Source of the DNA: an uncultured Candidatus Saccharibacteria bacterium
GTDB taxonomy: Bacteria > Patescibacteriota > Minisyncoccia > Phycocordibacterales > Phycocordibacteraceae
DNA length: 64,000 nucleotides
Direction of reading: 5' to 3'
NCBI GenBank assembly: GCA_964360855.1
Contig: CAYHXV010000001.1
Location: 20,042 to 84,041 of the forward strand
Translations under genes and position numbers: made by a program
Notes under the pieces: generated by a model
What the model was told of the DNA's origin: nothing
What the model saw: only the letters and a program-made list of their open reading frames with translations
The model's database searches: none
In this document: piece by piece, positions 37,354-46,321 of the stretch
Numbering within the stretch: position 1 is the stretch's first letter
Layout: the number at the start of each line of letters is the position of its first letter

Positions 37354-39756
37354 ATGGCTTCCAAACTTCTCATTGTCGAGTCCCCCGCAAAGGCACGCAC
37401 TATTCAGCAGTATCTGGGTACCGGATACGAGGTGCTTGCTTCGGTGGGCCACGTGCGAGACCTGCCCAAGTCCAACAAGGATGCGGTGGATATTGAAAAC
37501 GACTTCACGCCACGGTACGTTATCTCGCCTGATAAACGCGAGGTGATTGAGAAGATAACAAGGGCAGCAGCGAAGGCAGACGAAATCTTCCTTGCTACTG
37601 ACCCGGACCGCGAAGGAGAAGCTATTGCCTGGCATATCAAAGAGGCAGTCGGCATGAAAAAGCCAAAGCGGGTTGTCTTTCATGAGATAACAAAAGCTGC
37701 AGTGGAGGAAGCACTTGAGCACCCGCGCCTCATAGACGAGAACCTCAGACAAGCACAAGAAGCCCGCCGGGTTCTAGACCGCATTGTGGGGTACGATCTC
37801 TCCGGACTTATCTGGAAGAAGGTGCGCTATGGTCTCTCTGCCGGACGCGTGCAATCTCCGGCACTGCGCATTCTTGCAGAGCGTGAACGTGAGATTAAAG
37901 CATTCGTTCCTGAAACTTATTATTCTCTTGATGCCCTCTTCAAAGCCAAGGGAGGAGAGTTCCCTGCCGCGTGTACCGTTGAACCAACAACCGCTGAAGA
38001 GTCCGAGCGCATTGTTACACTCGGACGCGCAAGCTCCTGGAGCATCGCTGAAATTAGTGAACGAGAGGAGGAGCGCAATCCGCGTCCTCCCTTCACCACC
38101 TCCACCCTACAACAGGTGGCGTCCACACGCCTTGGCTTCTCACCAAGTCGCACAATGCGCGCTGCACAGAAGCTCTATGAATCTGGCTTCATCACCTATA
38201 TGCGTACGGACTCGGTGAATCTTTCGGTGGACGCCGTCTCAAAGATTGCCGAGGTGGTGGTGAAGGAATTTGGAAAGGACTATCTTGAAACGCGCGCATA
38301 CAAAACTAAGAGCAAGAATGCACAGGAGGCACACGAAGCCGTGCGTCCAACAGACTCAAATCGCGCACACGCGGGAAGCCCTGGGGATGAACAGCACCTG
38401 TACGAATTAATCCGCGCACGCACCGTTGCCTCTCAAATGAAGGCAGCGAAAATGCTTCGCACCAGCGTGAAAGTGAAAGCAGCTGCGGATATTCCTCTCT
38501 TTAGTACGAACGGTTCTCGTTTACTCTTTCCGGGCTGGCTTGCCTGCGACACCAAGGCGCGAGGTGAAGATGTCGAACTGCCAAAGCTTGCAGAGGGTGA
38601 GGCGGTCTCCCTTGTGTCTCTCGGTTCTCTTGAAAAGCAAACGGAGCCACCGAACCGATACACCGAAGCAGGGCTGGTGAAGGAGCTCGAGAAGCGCGGT
38701 ATCGGGAGACCATCCACCTATGCCAGTATCATGAAGACTATTCAGGATCGTGGGTATGTGGAGAAGACGGGACGCACCCTCACTCCAACTGCCACCGGTA
38801 TGGTGGTGTCCGGCTGGCTTGAGGAGCACTTTGCGGAGTATGTCTCAGACTCCTTCACGGCAGAAATGGAAGACGAGCTTGATGAAATTGCACGCGGCGA
38901 GCGTGGATACGCTGCCACTCTGCAGGAGTTCTATACTCCCTTTGCGAAAGCGGTGGCAAGCAAGGAGGACTTGCCAAAGGCAACGTCTCTTGGAGCAGTT
39001 CCCGCAGAGTTTGTGTGTCCACTGTGTAGTGCCTCAATGGAATTCAAGTTAGGACGTGGAGGCATATTCATGAGCTGTACCCGGTATCCGGAGTGCGAAG
39101 GCGCTCGCCAAGAGGATGGGACGGAGGTGAAACCGGAAGAGGCAATTGGAAACGACCCAGCTACCGGCGGACCTATTTTTGTGAAGACCGGACGCTTTGG
39201 TCCGTATGTTGAATTGGTACTTCCAATGAAAGAAGTTGTTGCGGTTCCTGAGACTCCACTTTTGACCAAGTCCGGCAAGCCAAGCAAACGAAAACCAAAG
39301 AAGGTGGCCGGGCCAAAGCCGGAACTGCGACGCGCAAGTATTCCCGCAGGAGTACCGCTTGATACCGTGGATCTGAAGTTAGCACTGCACTATCTCTCTC
39401 TTCCTCGTGAGCTCGGAAGCCACCCAACCAGTGGCAAACCAATTATTGCTAACATTGGTCGCTTCGGTCCGTACGTGGGACACGATGGAGAGTTTCGTTC
39501 ACTCAAGAAGTTAGACGACCCATACACCATAACGCTTGAACGCGCGATTGCCGTGCTTGCCGAGCCAAAGCTTCCTCCAAAGGGCGTGACTATTATTCGT
39601 GAACTAGGGAAACATCCGAAGACTGGCAAAACACTCACCTTATACAAATCAAAGTCCGGGTATTTCTTAAAGAAAGGACTGCGTCGCATCTCACTTCCTG
39701 AGAGCATGAATCCGGATACTCTTTCCGCTGAAGAAGCGGCAAGCTACCTTACATAA
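37354..39756 (+). CDS. topA: DNA topoisomerase I
   Basis: TOPRIM (LLIVESPAKARTI...LATDPDREGEAIAWH). The catalytic Tyr region, a zinc ribbon (CPLCSASMEF...CTRYPEC) and repeated GRFGPYV C-terminal modules are all present. Start at ATG 37354; the ORF-track start is a GTG. Confidence 0.9.
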   Translation: MASKLLIVESPAKARTIQQYLGTGYEVLASVGHVRDLPKSNKDAVDIENDFTPRYVISPDKREVIEKITRAAAKADEIFLATDPDREGEAIAWHIKEAVGMKKPKRVVFHEITKAAVEEALEHPRLIDENLRQAQEARRVLDRIVGYDLSGLIWKKVRYGLSAGRVQSPALRILAEREREIKAFVPETYYSLDALFKAKGGEFPAACTVEPTTAEESERIVTLGRASSWSIAEISEREEERNPRPPFTTSTLQQVASTRLGFSPSRTMRAAQKLYESGFITYMRTDSVNLSVDAVSKIAEVVVKEFGKDYLETRAYKTKSKNAQEAHEAVRPTDSNRAHAGSPGDEQHLYELIRARTVASQMKAAKMLRTSVKVKAAADIPLFSTNGSRLLFPGWLACDTKARGEDVELPKLAEGEAVSLVSLGSLEKQTEPPNRYTEAGLVKELEKRGIGRPSTYASIMKTIQDRGYVEKTGRTLTPTATGMVVSGWLEEHFAEYVSDSFTAEMEDELDEIARGERGYAATLQEFYTPFAKAVASKEDLPKATSLGAVPAEFVCPLCSASMEFKLGRGGIFMSCTRYPECEGARQEDGTEVKPEEAIGNDPATGGPIFVKTGRFGPYVELVLPMKEVVAVPETPLLTKSGKPSKRKPKKVAGPKPELRRASIPAGVPLDTVDLKLALHYLSLPRELGSHPTSGKPIIANIGRFGPYVGHDGEFRSLKKLDDPYTITLERAIAVLAEPKLPPKGVTIIRELGKHPKTGKTLTLYKSKSGYFLKKGLRRISLPESMNPDTLSAEEAASYLT

Positions 39757-39794
39757 AGAGGAAGCCCGCAGTCTTTCGACTGCGGGGCTGATTC

Positions 39795-39965
39795 CTATCC
39801 GAGCAGCTCGAGCTGCTCGATTGTAGGACGGGGAGATTCTTCCTGGGGCGAATCGATGAAGAATTGAGGCTGATGTGCAGCCACACACTCTGAACCGTCC
39901 CGGGCGTCCCCTTGCTCATGAACTTCTCCGCAGAAAATGCAGAGAGTAGAAGTCGACATAACCAT
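39795..39965 (-). CDS. Small Cys-containing ORF (56 aa) with strong Shine-Dalgarno
   Basis: Manual translation gives MVMSTSTLCIFCGEVHEQGDARDGSECVAAHQ... GAGGAGGTG lies 5 nt upstream of the ATG. It is below the ORF-track cutoff. The longer overlapping track ORF 39749..40474 is in another frame. Confidence 0.3.
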   Translation of the reverse strand: MVMSTSTLCIFCGEVHEQGDARDGSECVAAHQPQFFIDSPQEESPRPTIEQLELLG

Positions 39966-40033
39966 GGTGCACCTCCTCTACTTTTATAACACACCTGTTT
40001 GTCGCAATTGAAGGGGCGCAGTATGCTGAGGAG

Positions 40034-41659
40034 ATGACCACCGTCAAGGAGATTCTCGGGCACATGAGCTCCCCCACACCAGAGGATAAGGCGTTGGTGG
40101 AGAAGGCATACGAATTTGCTAAGAATGCTCATGAGGGACATACCCGCTACTCTGGTGAGCCGTACTTCATACATCCAAGCGCAGTAGCCAAGCACCTCGC
40201 TGAACTTGGGCTGGACGCACCCACCATTGCCGCTGCCCTCCTGCACGACGCTATCGAGGACACGAATGTGACGCACGAAGAAGTAGAAAAGGAATTTGGC
40301 GCTGAGGTGCTCTTTTTGGTCGAGGGAGTTACCAAGCTCGGCCAACACAAGTACCAGGGCACAGAGCGCCATGCAGAGAGTCTGAGGCGCCTTCTGGTGG
40401 CTACCGCAGCTGATGTACGGGTACTTATCGTGAAGCTTGCAGACCGCTACCACAACATGACCACGCTTGAGCATGTGCCTGCAGAAAAACGTAAACGTAT
40501 CGCGCTTGAAACGCTTGAGATATACGCTCCCCTTGCAGACAGACTAGGTATGGGTCGCATTCGTAAGGACTTCGAGGACCTGGCATTTCCGTTCATAGAT
40601 CCCGATGCCTATCAGCATGCCGTTGAGGTACGCAAGCTTGCGGCAAAGGAAACAGAAGCAGGACTCACTAAGGTTCAGAAGGAAGTGCGTCATGCGCTTG
40701 CTCGCAAAGGTATTCGCGACTTCAGCACTGGCATTCGCATGAAGGGATTGTGGAGCTTGCATCAGAAGCTGAAGAGAAAAGGGGATGACATCACCCGCAT
40801 CCACGACATTGCCGCACTGCGTATTATTGTGCCAACCGTGAGTGACGCCTATACCGCGCTCGGGGTGCTGCATTCTCTCTGGAAACCGCTTCCGGGTGAA
40901 TTCAAAGACTACATAGCCGTACCAAAACCTTCAAGTGGCTATCAATCCCTCCATACAACCGTGGTGACGCCAGAGGCCGGTATTGTCGAGATTCAAATAC
41001 GCACTAAGGAAATGCACGAGCAAGCGGAGTTTGGTATTGCTTCGCACGGCTCATACAAAGCACTCGGGAAGAATGCAAAACAAAGTAGTGTGTCGAGACT
41101 CTCTCTTCCTTGGATAAAGGATCTGTTGCCGAACCTGCTCAACATGAAGCGCTCCACGCAGACAAGTGCGACGCCTTCGCTTAAGTCGACTCAAAAAAAT
41201 ACTTCAGTGGCACCCCGGTGGCTTTCGGACCTTGCTGATGCGCACGCAAAAGTCGCTGAGTCCGGAGAGTTTGTGGAGGGACTCAAGAATGATTTCTTCT
41301 CGCATCGCATCTTTGTGTTCAGTCCCCGGGGAGACGTAATAGACCTTCCCACAGGCTCAACACCCGTGGACTTTGCCTATGCCATACATAGTGATTTGGG
41401 AGAGCATATGCAGGGAGCTAAAATAAATGGGAAGTTGGTTTCTTTTGATACGGAGCTGCGCAACGGAGATATCATTGAAATATTAAAGAGCAAGAATGCA
41501 CGACCAACCGCCAAGTGGCATGACTACGCGCGCACGAGCATGGCGCGCCGGCATATCAGAAATTATCTCGATACGCATGAGCGCACACAATCAACAATTC
41601 CGGAGATAAAACCGTTGCGTATTAAGAAAAAGAAGAATCCAAAAGGTTCTAGACCGTAA
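40034..41659 (+). CDS. rel: Bifunctional (p)ppGpp synthetase/hydrolase, RelA/SpoT family (HD + synthetase + TGS; no ACT)
   Basis: HD motif HEGHTRYSGEPYFIHP...LLHDAIED. Synthetase core DIAALRIIV...YQSLHTTV...EIQIRT. TGS segment IFVFSPRGDVIDLPTGSTPVDFAY. Confidence 0.9.
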   Translation: MTTVKEILGHMSSPTPEDKALVEKAYEFAKNAHEGHTRYSGEPYFIHPSAVAKHLAELGLDAPTIAAALLHDAIEDTNVTHEEVEKEFGAEVLFLVEGVTKLGQHKYQGTERHAESLRRLLVATAADVRVLIVKLADRYHNMTTLEHVPAEKRKRIALETLEIYAPLADRLGMGRIRKDFEDLAFPFIDPDAYQHAVEVRKLAAKETEAGLTKVQKEVRHALARKGIRDFSTGIRMKGLWSLHQKLKRKGDDITRIHDIAALRIIVPTVSDAYTALGVLHSLWKPLPGEFKDYIAVPKPSSGYQSLHTTVVTPEAGIVEIQIRTKEMHEQAEFGIASHGSYKALGKNAKQSSVSRLSLPWIKDLLPNLLNMKRSTQTSATPSLKSTQKNTSVAPRWLSDLADAHAKVAESGEFVEGLKNDFFSHRIFVFSPRGDVIDLPTGSTPVDFAYAIHSDLGEHMQGAKINGKLVSFDTELRNGDIIEILKSKNARPTAKWHDYARTSMARRHIRNYLDTHERTQSTIPEIKPLRIKKKKNPKGSRP

Positions 41660-42677
41660 AGCTAGAAACAGAATACAAATCCTCTTCTGGTTGAGGTGGG
41701 GGTACTGGTAGCTGCTCTATAACAGGCGGCAACTGGGTAGTATTTGGAAATGTCTTTGGGGCGTCATCCGCAACAACTTCTGCAGGAGCTTCTTGCTCAA
41801 CTGCAAGCTCCGCCTCACGGGCTGCCAGAATTCCGGCAATGTGCGAGAGGTCTTCGGGAGAGAGGAATTCAATAAGCACTCTGCCGCCCTGAGGGCGGTT
41901 CTCAATAAGCACGCGAGTGCCAAGGGTTTCTGAAAGACTCTTCTCAAGCTCCATCATCTCGAGTGTTTTATCGTGTTTGCGAATGCGATCAGTAGCTATA
42001 CGGCGCGCTAGCTGCTCCACCATACGCACGCTCGTCTTCTTCATCACAATCTCTTTGAAGAGTGTGTTCAACTCCTCTGGTCTATCCTGAAGCATCAAAA
42101 GTGCGCGCCCATGTCCCTCCGTTATTTGATTTGAAACAATGGCTTCCTGCATAAATTCAGGCAGAAGCAGCAGGCGAATGGAGTTTGATACGTATTCACG
42201 ACTGCGTCCCACCTTTGCACCAACCTCTACATGCGAGAGACCGAATGCTTCGGCTAGTTGTGCAAACGCCTTGGCACGATCAATAGGATTTAAGTCTTCG
42301 CGCTGCAAGTTCTCGATGATGGCAAGCTCGAGCTTCATCTTGTCTGACTGCTCGCCAGCACGTATCACCACCGGTACTTCCCGCAACCCAATCAATTTCG
42401 AGGCACGAAGTCTGCGCTCTCCGGCGATGAGTTCATAGGCTGCTTGGAGACCCCCTCCGGCCTTTTCCATTTCCGTGCGTGTGACCACAAGCGGCTGCAG
42501 CACGCCATACTGGCGAATACTTTCCGCAAGTGCTTTCAGGCGGTCTTCATCAAACTCCCGCCTGGGCTGATAGGGGTTGGGTTGAATGCGGTCGGTCTCC
42601 ACCCAAAATACGGAGTCGTATTTGGTAGGTTCAACAAACTTTTGCCGGGTGGGGTCGGCACTGCCAAACATGTTCAT
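41649..42677 (-). CDS. parB: ParB/Spo0J chromosome partitioning protein with Pro-rich C-terminal tail
   Basis: ParB box (LIAGERRLRASKLIGL) and an HTH region. Confidence 0.85.
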   Translation of the reverse strand: MNMFGSADPTRQKFVEPTKYDSVFWVETDRIQPNPYQPRREFDEDRLKALAESIRQYGVLQPLVVTRTEMEKAGGGLQAAYELIAGERRLRASKLIGLREVPVVIRAGEQSDKMKLELAIIENLQREDLNPIDRAKAFAQLAEAFGLSHVEVGAKVGRSREYVSNSIRLLLLPEFMQEAIVSNQITEGHGRALLMLQDRPEELNTLFKEIVMKKTSVRMVEQLARRIATDRIRKHDKTLEMMELEKSLSETLGTRVLIENRPQGGRVLIEFLSPEDLSHIAGILAAREAELAVEQEAPAEVVADDAPKTFPNTTQLPPVIEQLPVPPPQPEEDLYSVSSFTV

Positions 42678-42736
42678 GCGGCAATTCTAACATGAGCGTT
42701 GCGAAGCAGACTATGAGCGCGTAGGATAATCCTATT

Positions 42737-42817
42737 GCCGGGGTGGCGGAATGGTATACGCGATTGATTCAAAACCAATTCCTGAAAGGGTTGAGGGTTC
42801 AAGTCCCTCCCCCGGCA
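42737..42817 (+). tRNA. tRNA-Leu (anticodon CAA), class II with long variable arm
   Basis: Acceptor GCCGGGG/CCCCGGC, anticodon loop TTCAAAA, variable stem CCT-GAA-AGG, T-arm GAGGG-TTCAAGT-CCCTC, discriminator A. No CCA. Confidence 0.75.
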
Positions 42818-42967
42818 CATATTGAGGGCCTGCAAATTATTGCTCTCATTTCACCCACGTTTACGGCATGGAAGGAGGGGGAGAATCCCTTCACCCCAGA
42901 CGGCAGAGAACTCGTTCCTCCCGTTCGCCCAAAAACGAACTGGCATGAGCTCACTCGTGACTACTAA

Positions 42968-43005
42968 AAGAACCGGCGACCCTCAAGGTCGCCGGAACTT
43001 TTTTA
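42968..43005 (+). terminator. Rho-independent terminator (CCGGCGACC-ctcaa-GGTCGCCGG + AACTTTTTT)
   Basis: A 9-bp perfect stem and T-tract lie about 150 nt downstream of tRNA-Leu(CAA). Confidence 0.7.
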
Positions 43006-43051
43006 GTGTGCTATCCTCTTACTTCCCGCAACGATAGTAATAGGATGTAAA

Positions 43052-43222
43052 ATGTCGTTTGGAGTGATTAATTTGTTCTTCCCCGTTGTTGTAGGCGTAC
43101 TGCTTGCACCCGCGACCACAACCCGTCGCGATGACGGCGCAAGCACAGACAAGCCGCCTCTGGTAGGCGGCGAAGACTTTGCCACGTGGGGTGTGTCCGA
43201 ACGCGCACGCTCACACGGCTAA
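43052..43222 (+). CDS. Candidate small hydrophobic protein (56 aa)
   Basis: MSFGVINLFFPVVVGVLLAPATTTRRDDG... has a single TM. AGGATG lies 7 nt upstream. Flanked by two terminators. Below the ORF-track cutoff. Confidence 0.25.
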   Translation: MSFGVINLFFPVVVGVLLAPATTTRRDDGASTDKPPLVGGEDFATWGVSERARSHG

Positions 43223-43233
43223 GGCAACAACGG

Positions 43234-43265
43234 GAAAAGCCCGCCGCAGAATGCGACGGGCTTTT
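43234..43265. terminator. Hairpin (GCCCGCCGCAGAATGCGACGGGC) + TTTTTC; bidirectional candidate
   Basis: Seen in the sequence just downstream of the peroxiredoxin stop (minus strand) and of the small ORF (plus strand). Confidence 0.5.
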
Positions 43266-43273
43266 TCATACTC

Positions 43274-43936
43274 CTAAATCTTCCCCACCAAATCCATTCC
43301 CGGCTCAAGCGTATCGTCTCCCGGTTCCCAACTAGCCGGACACACCTGCCCTGCGTGGCTCTCCACAAACTGCGCCGCTTGGAGCTTGCGCAGGGTCTCC
43401 TTTGCCGAGCGTCCCACGCTGTTATCGTGTATCTCCATGGTGCGCAGTGTTCCAGTTGGATCAACAATGAAGGTACCGCGCAGTGCAAGTCCCTCGTCCG
43501 GAGTGAGGACGGTGTCTCCTCCCTCGATAAGCACCCCAAAGGCGTTTGCAATCTTTCCGGATGGATCAGCACCCATAGGGAAGGTTATTTTCTTGATTGC
43601 TTCTGAGGTATCGTGCCAGGCTTTGTGCACAAACACGGTGTCCGTGGAGAAAGACACCACCTCCGTATTCATCTCCTTCATTTTTGGATAGAGGTTTGCC
43701 AGGTCTTCAAGTTCAGTTGGACACACGAAAGTGAAGTCTGCAGGGTAGAACATAATAACGAGCCACTTCCCTCGAAAGTCTGAGAACTTCATGGGTTTTA
43801 CCTCGTCGTTCTGGAATGCTTCGAATTCGTAGTCCGGAATGGTCTCGCCAATGCGTACGGAACTTGAATACTCTCGAAACGGATCGTGAAAGTCTCCACA
43901 GTACTCACAGTAATTACTCTTTTGTTCTTTAGTCAT
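43274..43936 (-). CDS. 2-Cys peroxiredoxin (AhpC/Prx1) with N-terminal CxxC-containing extension
   Basis: FYPADFTFVCPTE is the peroxidatic Cys and C-terminal VCP is the resolving Cys. A ~25-aa extension carries NYCEYCGDFH. Confidence 0.85.
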   Translation of the reverse strand: MTKEQKSNYCEYCGDFHDPFREYSSSVRIGETIPDYEFEAFQNDEVKPMKFSDFRGKWLVIMFYPADFTFVCPTELEDLANLYPKMKEMNTEVVSFSTDTVFVHKAWHDTSEAIKKITFPMGADPSGKIANAFGVLIEGGDTVLTPDEGLALRGTFIVDPTGTLRTMEIHDNSVGRSAKETLRKLQAAQFVESHAGQVCPASWEPGDDTLEPGMDLVGKI

Positions 43937-43989
43937 AGGTTGTGCCGTTATTTCAGGCTCATGATAGCATCCACTGTATTAGTACGCAC

Positions 43990-44817
43990 ATGAGCTCCCT
44001 GCCCCTAGTATGCGTCGTTGGACCCACCGCTTCGGGCAAGTCTGCTCGGGCGATTAGCCTTGCCAAAGAGCTAAACGGTGAAGTTATTTCAGTAGACTCA
44101 CGCCAGGTATACCGAACACTCGATATTGGTACTGAGAAGCTTTCTCAAGAGGAGATGGAGGGAATCCCTCATCATCTTATCGATATCAAAGACCCCCGAG
44201 AAACCTATAGCGCACAAGAATTTGTGGAAGACGCCACGCACCTCATAGCTGAAATTCAAGCACGGGGAAAGCGCCCCATACTTGCGGGAGGAACGCACTT
44301 TTATTTCGAAGCATTGTTGTATGGACTTCCCGAAACTCAGAAGCCAGACCCGGAACTGCGAACGGCGCTTGAACTGCTCCCAACCGAAGAGCTGGTGCGA
44401 CGCATTCAGGAAAGCGACCCGCATCGTGCAGAGCGCATAGATCTGCAGAACCGCAGACGACTGGTGCGCTCGCTTGAGATAATTGCGGAGCATGGGCATG
44501 TTCCTCTGCGCAATACAGAGAACCCTCGGTACGAAGTTGAATGGGTGGTGATTAACCCTGAGAGAGAGGTATTGCGCGAGCGCATTGGTATTCGTCTAGA
44601 GAGCGCATTTGAACGAGGTCTTGTGGAAGAAGTACGAAGGGTACGTGAGTATGTGGGGGACACTCGACTGAATGAACTTGGTCTTGAGTATCGGGTTATT
44701 GGAGAATACTTGCGTGGTGAGCGGAGTGAAGACTCCTTACTCCCAACCCTGCACTCGAAACTCTGGCATTACGCCAGGCATCAGAAGGCGTGGTTGCGAA
44801 AGTTACTTCTAGACTAG
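43990..44817 (+). CDS. miaA: tRNA dimethylallyltransferase
   Basis: Start MSSLPLVCVVGPTASGKSARAI (P-loop) ... VDSRQVYRTLDIGTEK are MiaA motifs. Confidence 0.85.
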   Translation: MSSLPLVCVVGPTASGKSARAISLAKELNGEVISVDSRQVYRTLDIGTEKLSQEEMEGIPHHLIDIKDPRETYSAQEFVEDATHLIAEIQARGKRPILAGGTHFYFEALLYGLPETQKPDPELRTALELLPTEELVRRIQESDPHRAERIDLQNRRRLVRSLEIIAEHGHVPLRNTENPRYEVEWVVINPEREVLRERIGIRLESAFERGLVEEVRRVREYVGDTRLNELGLEYRVIGEYLRGERSEDSLLPTLHSKLWHYARHQKAWLRKLLLD

Positions 44818-44818
44818 T

Positions 44819-45769
44819 TCAATACAACGAGAAGTGGCTTCCGGTTATGTGCCCATATCCGTTATCGCTCTTACAATACGCAGATATTCCTTTTGCTCGA
44901 GCAGCGTCACGGAGTGCGCAATCAAAAGTCTCAAAGACGGGACGTAGTCCCGCCAGCTGCGCTGCTGCAGCAAAGGAAGCAATGTTTGCAGCTGTATAGG
45001 TGGTGGGACTTCTGAACGAAGCATCAATACAGGTCCCATTCGCGTGGCATTTGTTGGTATGTGTTGACGTCGGAGGGAATGCCTCCGTTACCACCCAGGT
45101 GCCATTAAAGGTGGTATTGAGTTTCCCTATCTTTGGTGCAACGTTAGGATCAAGAGTGCAGTTGTTCGTGCACGTCACTCCATACGTCTTTAGTGAGACA
45201 CACGTAGGACATCCGGCAGTTCCGGTAGTGGTGCCTCCCGGCGTCGGTGTATTGACCACGAGCTGAGCGGCAGTAATTGCTCCAGAGAAAAGCTTCTGTG
45301 TTTCTGATTCCACAACGCAGGCCGAACCATTCCGCAATATACTATTCCACGGCCCCCACCCCGACTCGTTTGGGTTGTATAGCGTCTTCATAACAAAATC
45401 AACCATGAGCCAGGCGGTGAGCATGATGAGTAGCCCAATCGCCGCATTCCCGAGCATCTTCTTTGCACTACTGCGCGCTTCGGGATTGACTCCAGAAATA
45501 ATAAATAGGAACCCTGCCCACGCAATGATGATGGTGAAAATAAGAACACCAAATGAGATGCCAACGTTAATGAAGCGCTGTGCTATTTCCATAACTGCAC
45601 CAAAGGACAATGGAGCACCCTCAGGGCATGCAGGATCTATGTCGTGTGCACTGGGAACAATGTGGAAATTACTATCCAAGCTTGTTCCACTTGCCGCATG
45701 TGCAAAAGGCACCGCTACAGTACTGCCAAGCAATATGAGGAGGGTGATTACTAGTGTTCGGATATGCAT
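44819..45769 (-). CDS. Secreted TrbC/VirB2-like pilin module fused to Cys-rich C-terminal domain of unknown function
   Basis: Signal peptide. The N-terminal ~150 aa are paralogous to 46318..47322 (GISFGVLIFTIIIAWAGFLFI...NPEARS.AKKML.NAAIGLLIMLTAWLMVDFVMK.LY...WGPWNSIL). The C-terminal 150 aa are Cys-rich (CPTCVS...C.NNC...KCHANGTC) and end ...YGHITGSHF. Confidence 0.6.
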   Translation of the reverse strand: MHIRTLVITLLILLGSTVAVPFAHAASGTSLDSNFHIVPSAHDIDPACPEGAPLSFGAVMEIAQRFINVGISFGVLIFTIIIAWAGFLFIISGVNPEARSSAKKMLGNAAIGLLIMLTAWLMVDFVMKTLYNPNESGWGPWNSILRNGSACVVESETQKLFSGAITAAQLVVNTPTPGGTTTGTAGCPTCVSLKTYGVTCTNNCTLDPNVAPKIGKLNTTFNGTWVVTEAFPPTSTHTNKCHANGTCIDASFRSPTTYTAANIASFAAAAQLAGLRPVFETFDCALRDAARAKGISAYCKSDNGYGHITGSHFSLY

Positions 45770-45772
45770 ACG

Positions 45773-46321
45773 CTAAGGGAGCTTCACCGCACCCGGACAG
45801 AAACTGAGTCCAAGATTCTCATACTGCGAGTACACCTCACTCACGTCTGGCGTCACCGATATAATCGTATTTAAACTACAGAGCTCGCTATCCGAGAGCG
45901 CAAGCAAGTTTCTCAAGTACGTTTGTGCTTCTAACCGAGCTGCTCCAATAGGCTCGGCAATAAGTATTATGAGAAATTGTGAATCAGATTCAGAATACTG
46001 AATCGAGAAGGTGAATCCTTCGGTAGAATATTCCGGTCCGTATAAGTTATAGAATCGCCCACCAGGGGTATCCAGTGGTTCTTTTCCAGACAAGACGTTG
46101 GGTACCATTACCGCTTCTCCACTCCTCGCATGGACACTCATCGTCTTTGGCACGTACGTGGTGCTTCCTCCAGGATTCAGAATTCCTCCAAAGGGATTGA
46201 GAGGTTGCGTGCTCCCTGGTGACTGCCGTCCAAACATCTGAAGGCCCACATAGCCAAGTACACCAATACTCAGAACAATGAGCACGACCGCAACCACAAT
46301 AATAAGTCTCTGCTTCGTCAT
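45773..46321 (-). CDS. Membrane-anchored hypothetical protein in the pilin-fusion operon
   Basis: N-terminal TM (LIIVVAVVLIVLSIGVLGYVGL). Stop/start overlaps with both flanking genes. Confidence 0.55.
   Translation of the reverse strand: MTKQRLIIVVAVVLIVLSIGVLGYVGLQMFGRQSPGSTQPLNPFGGILNPGGSTTYVPKTMSVHARSGEAVMVPNVLSGKEPLDTPGGRFYNLYGPEYSTEGFTFSIQYSESDSQFLIILIAEPIGAARLEAQTYLRNLLALSDSELCSLNTIISVTPDVSEVYSQYENLGLSFCPGAVKLP

Noticed and set aside
39749-40474. 241-aa minus-strand ORF spanning the topA-rel intergenic region and the rel 5' end
   Set aside because: It is antisense to the well-supported rel start and HD domain and has no RBS. It reads as a shadow ORF in GC-rich DNA. Only the separate 56-aa frame with a strong SD was kept, at low confidence.
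42743-43037. Two plus-strand ORFs (74 and 71 aa) starting inside tRNA-Leu(CAA)
   Set aside because: They overlap the tRNA and a terminator. Low-complexity translation.
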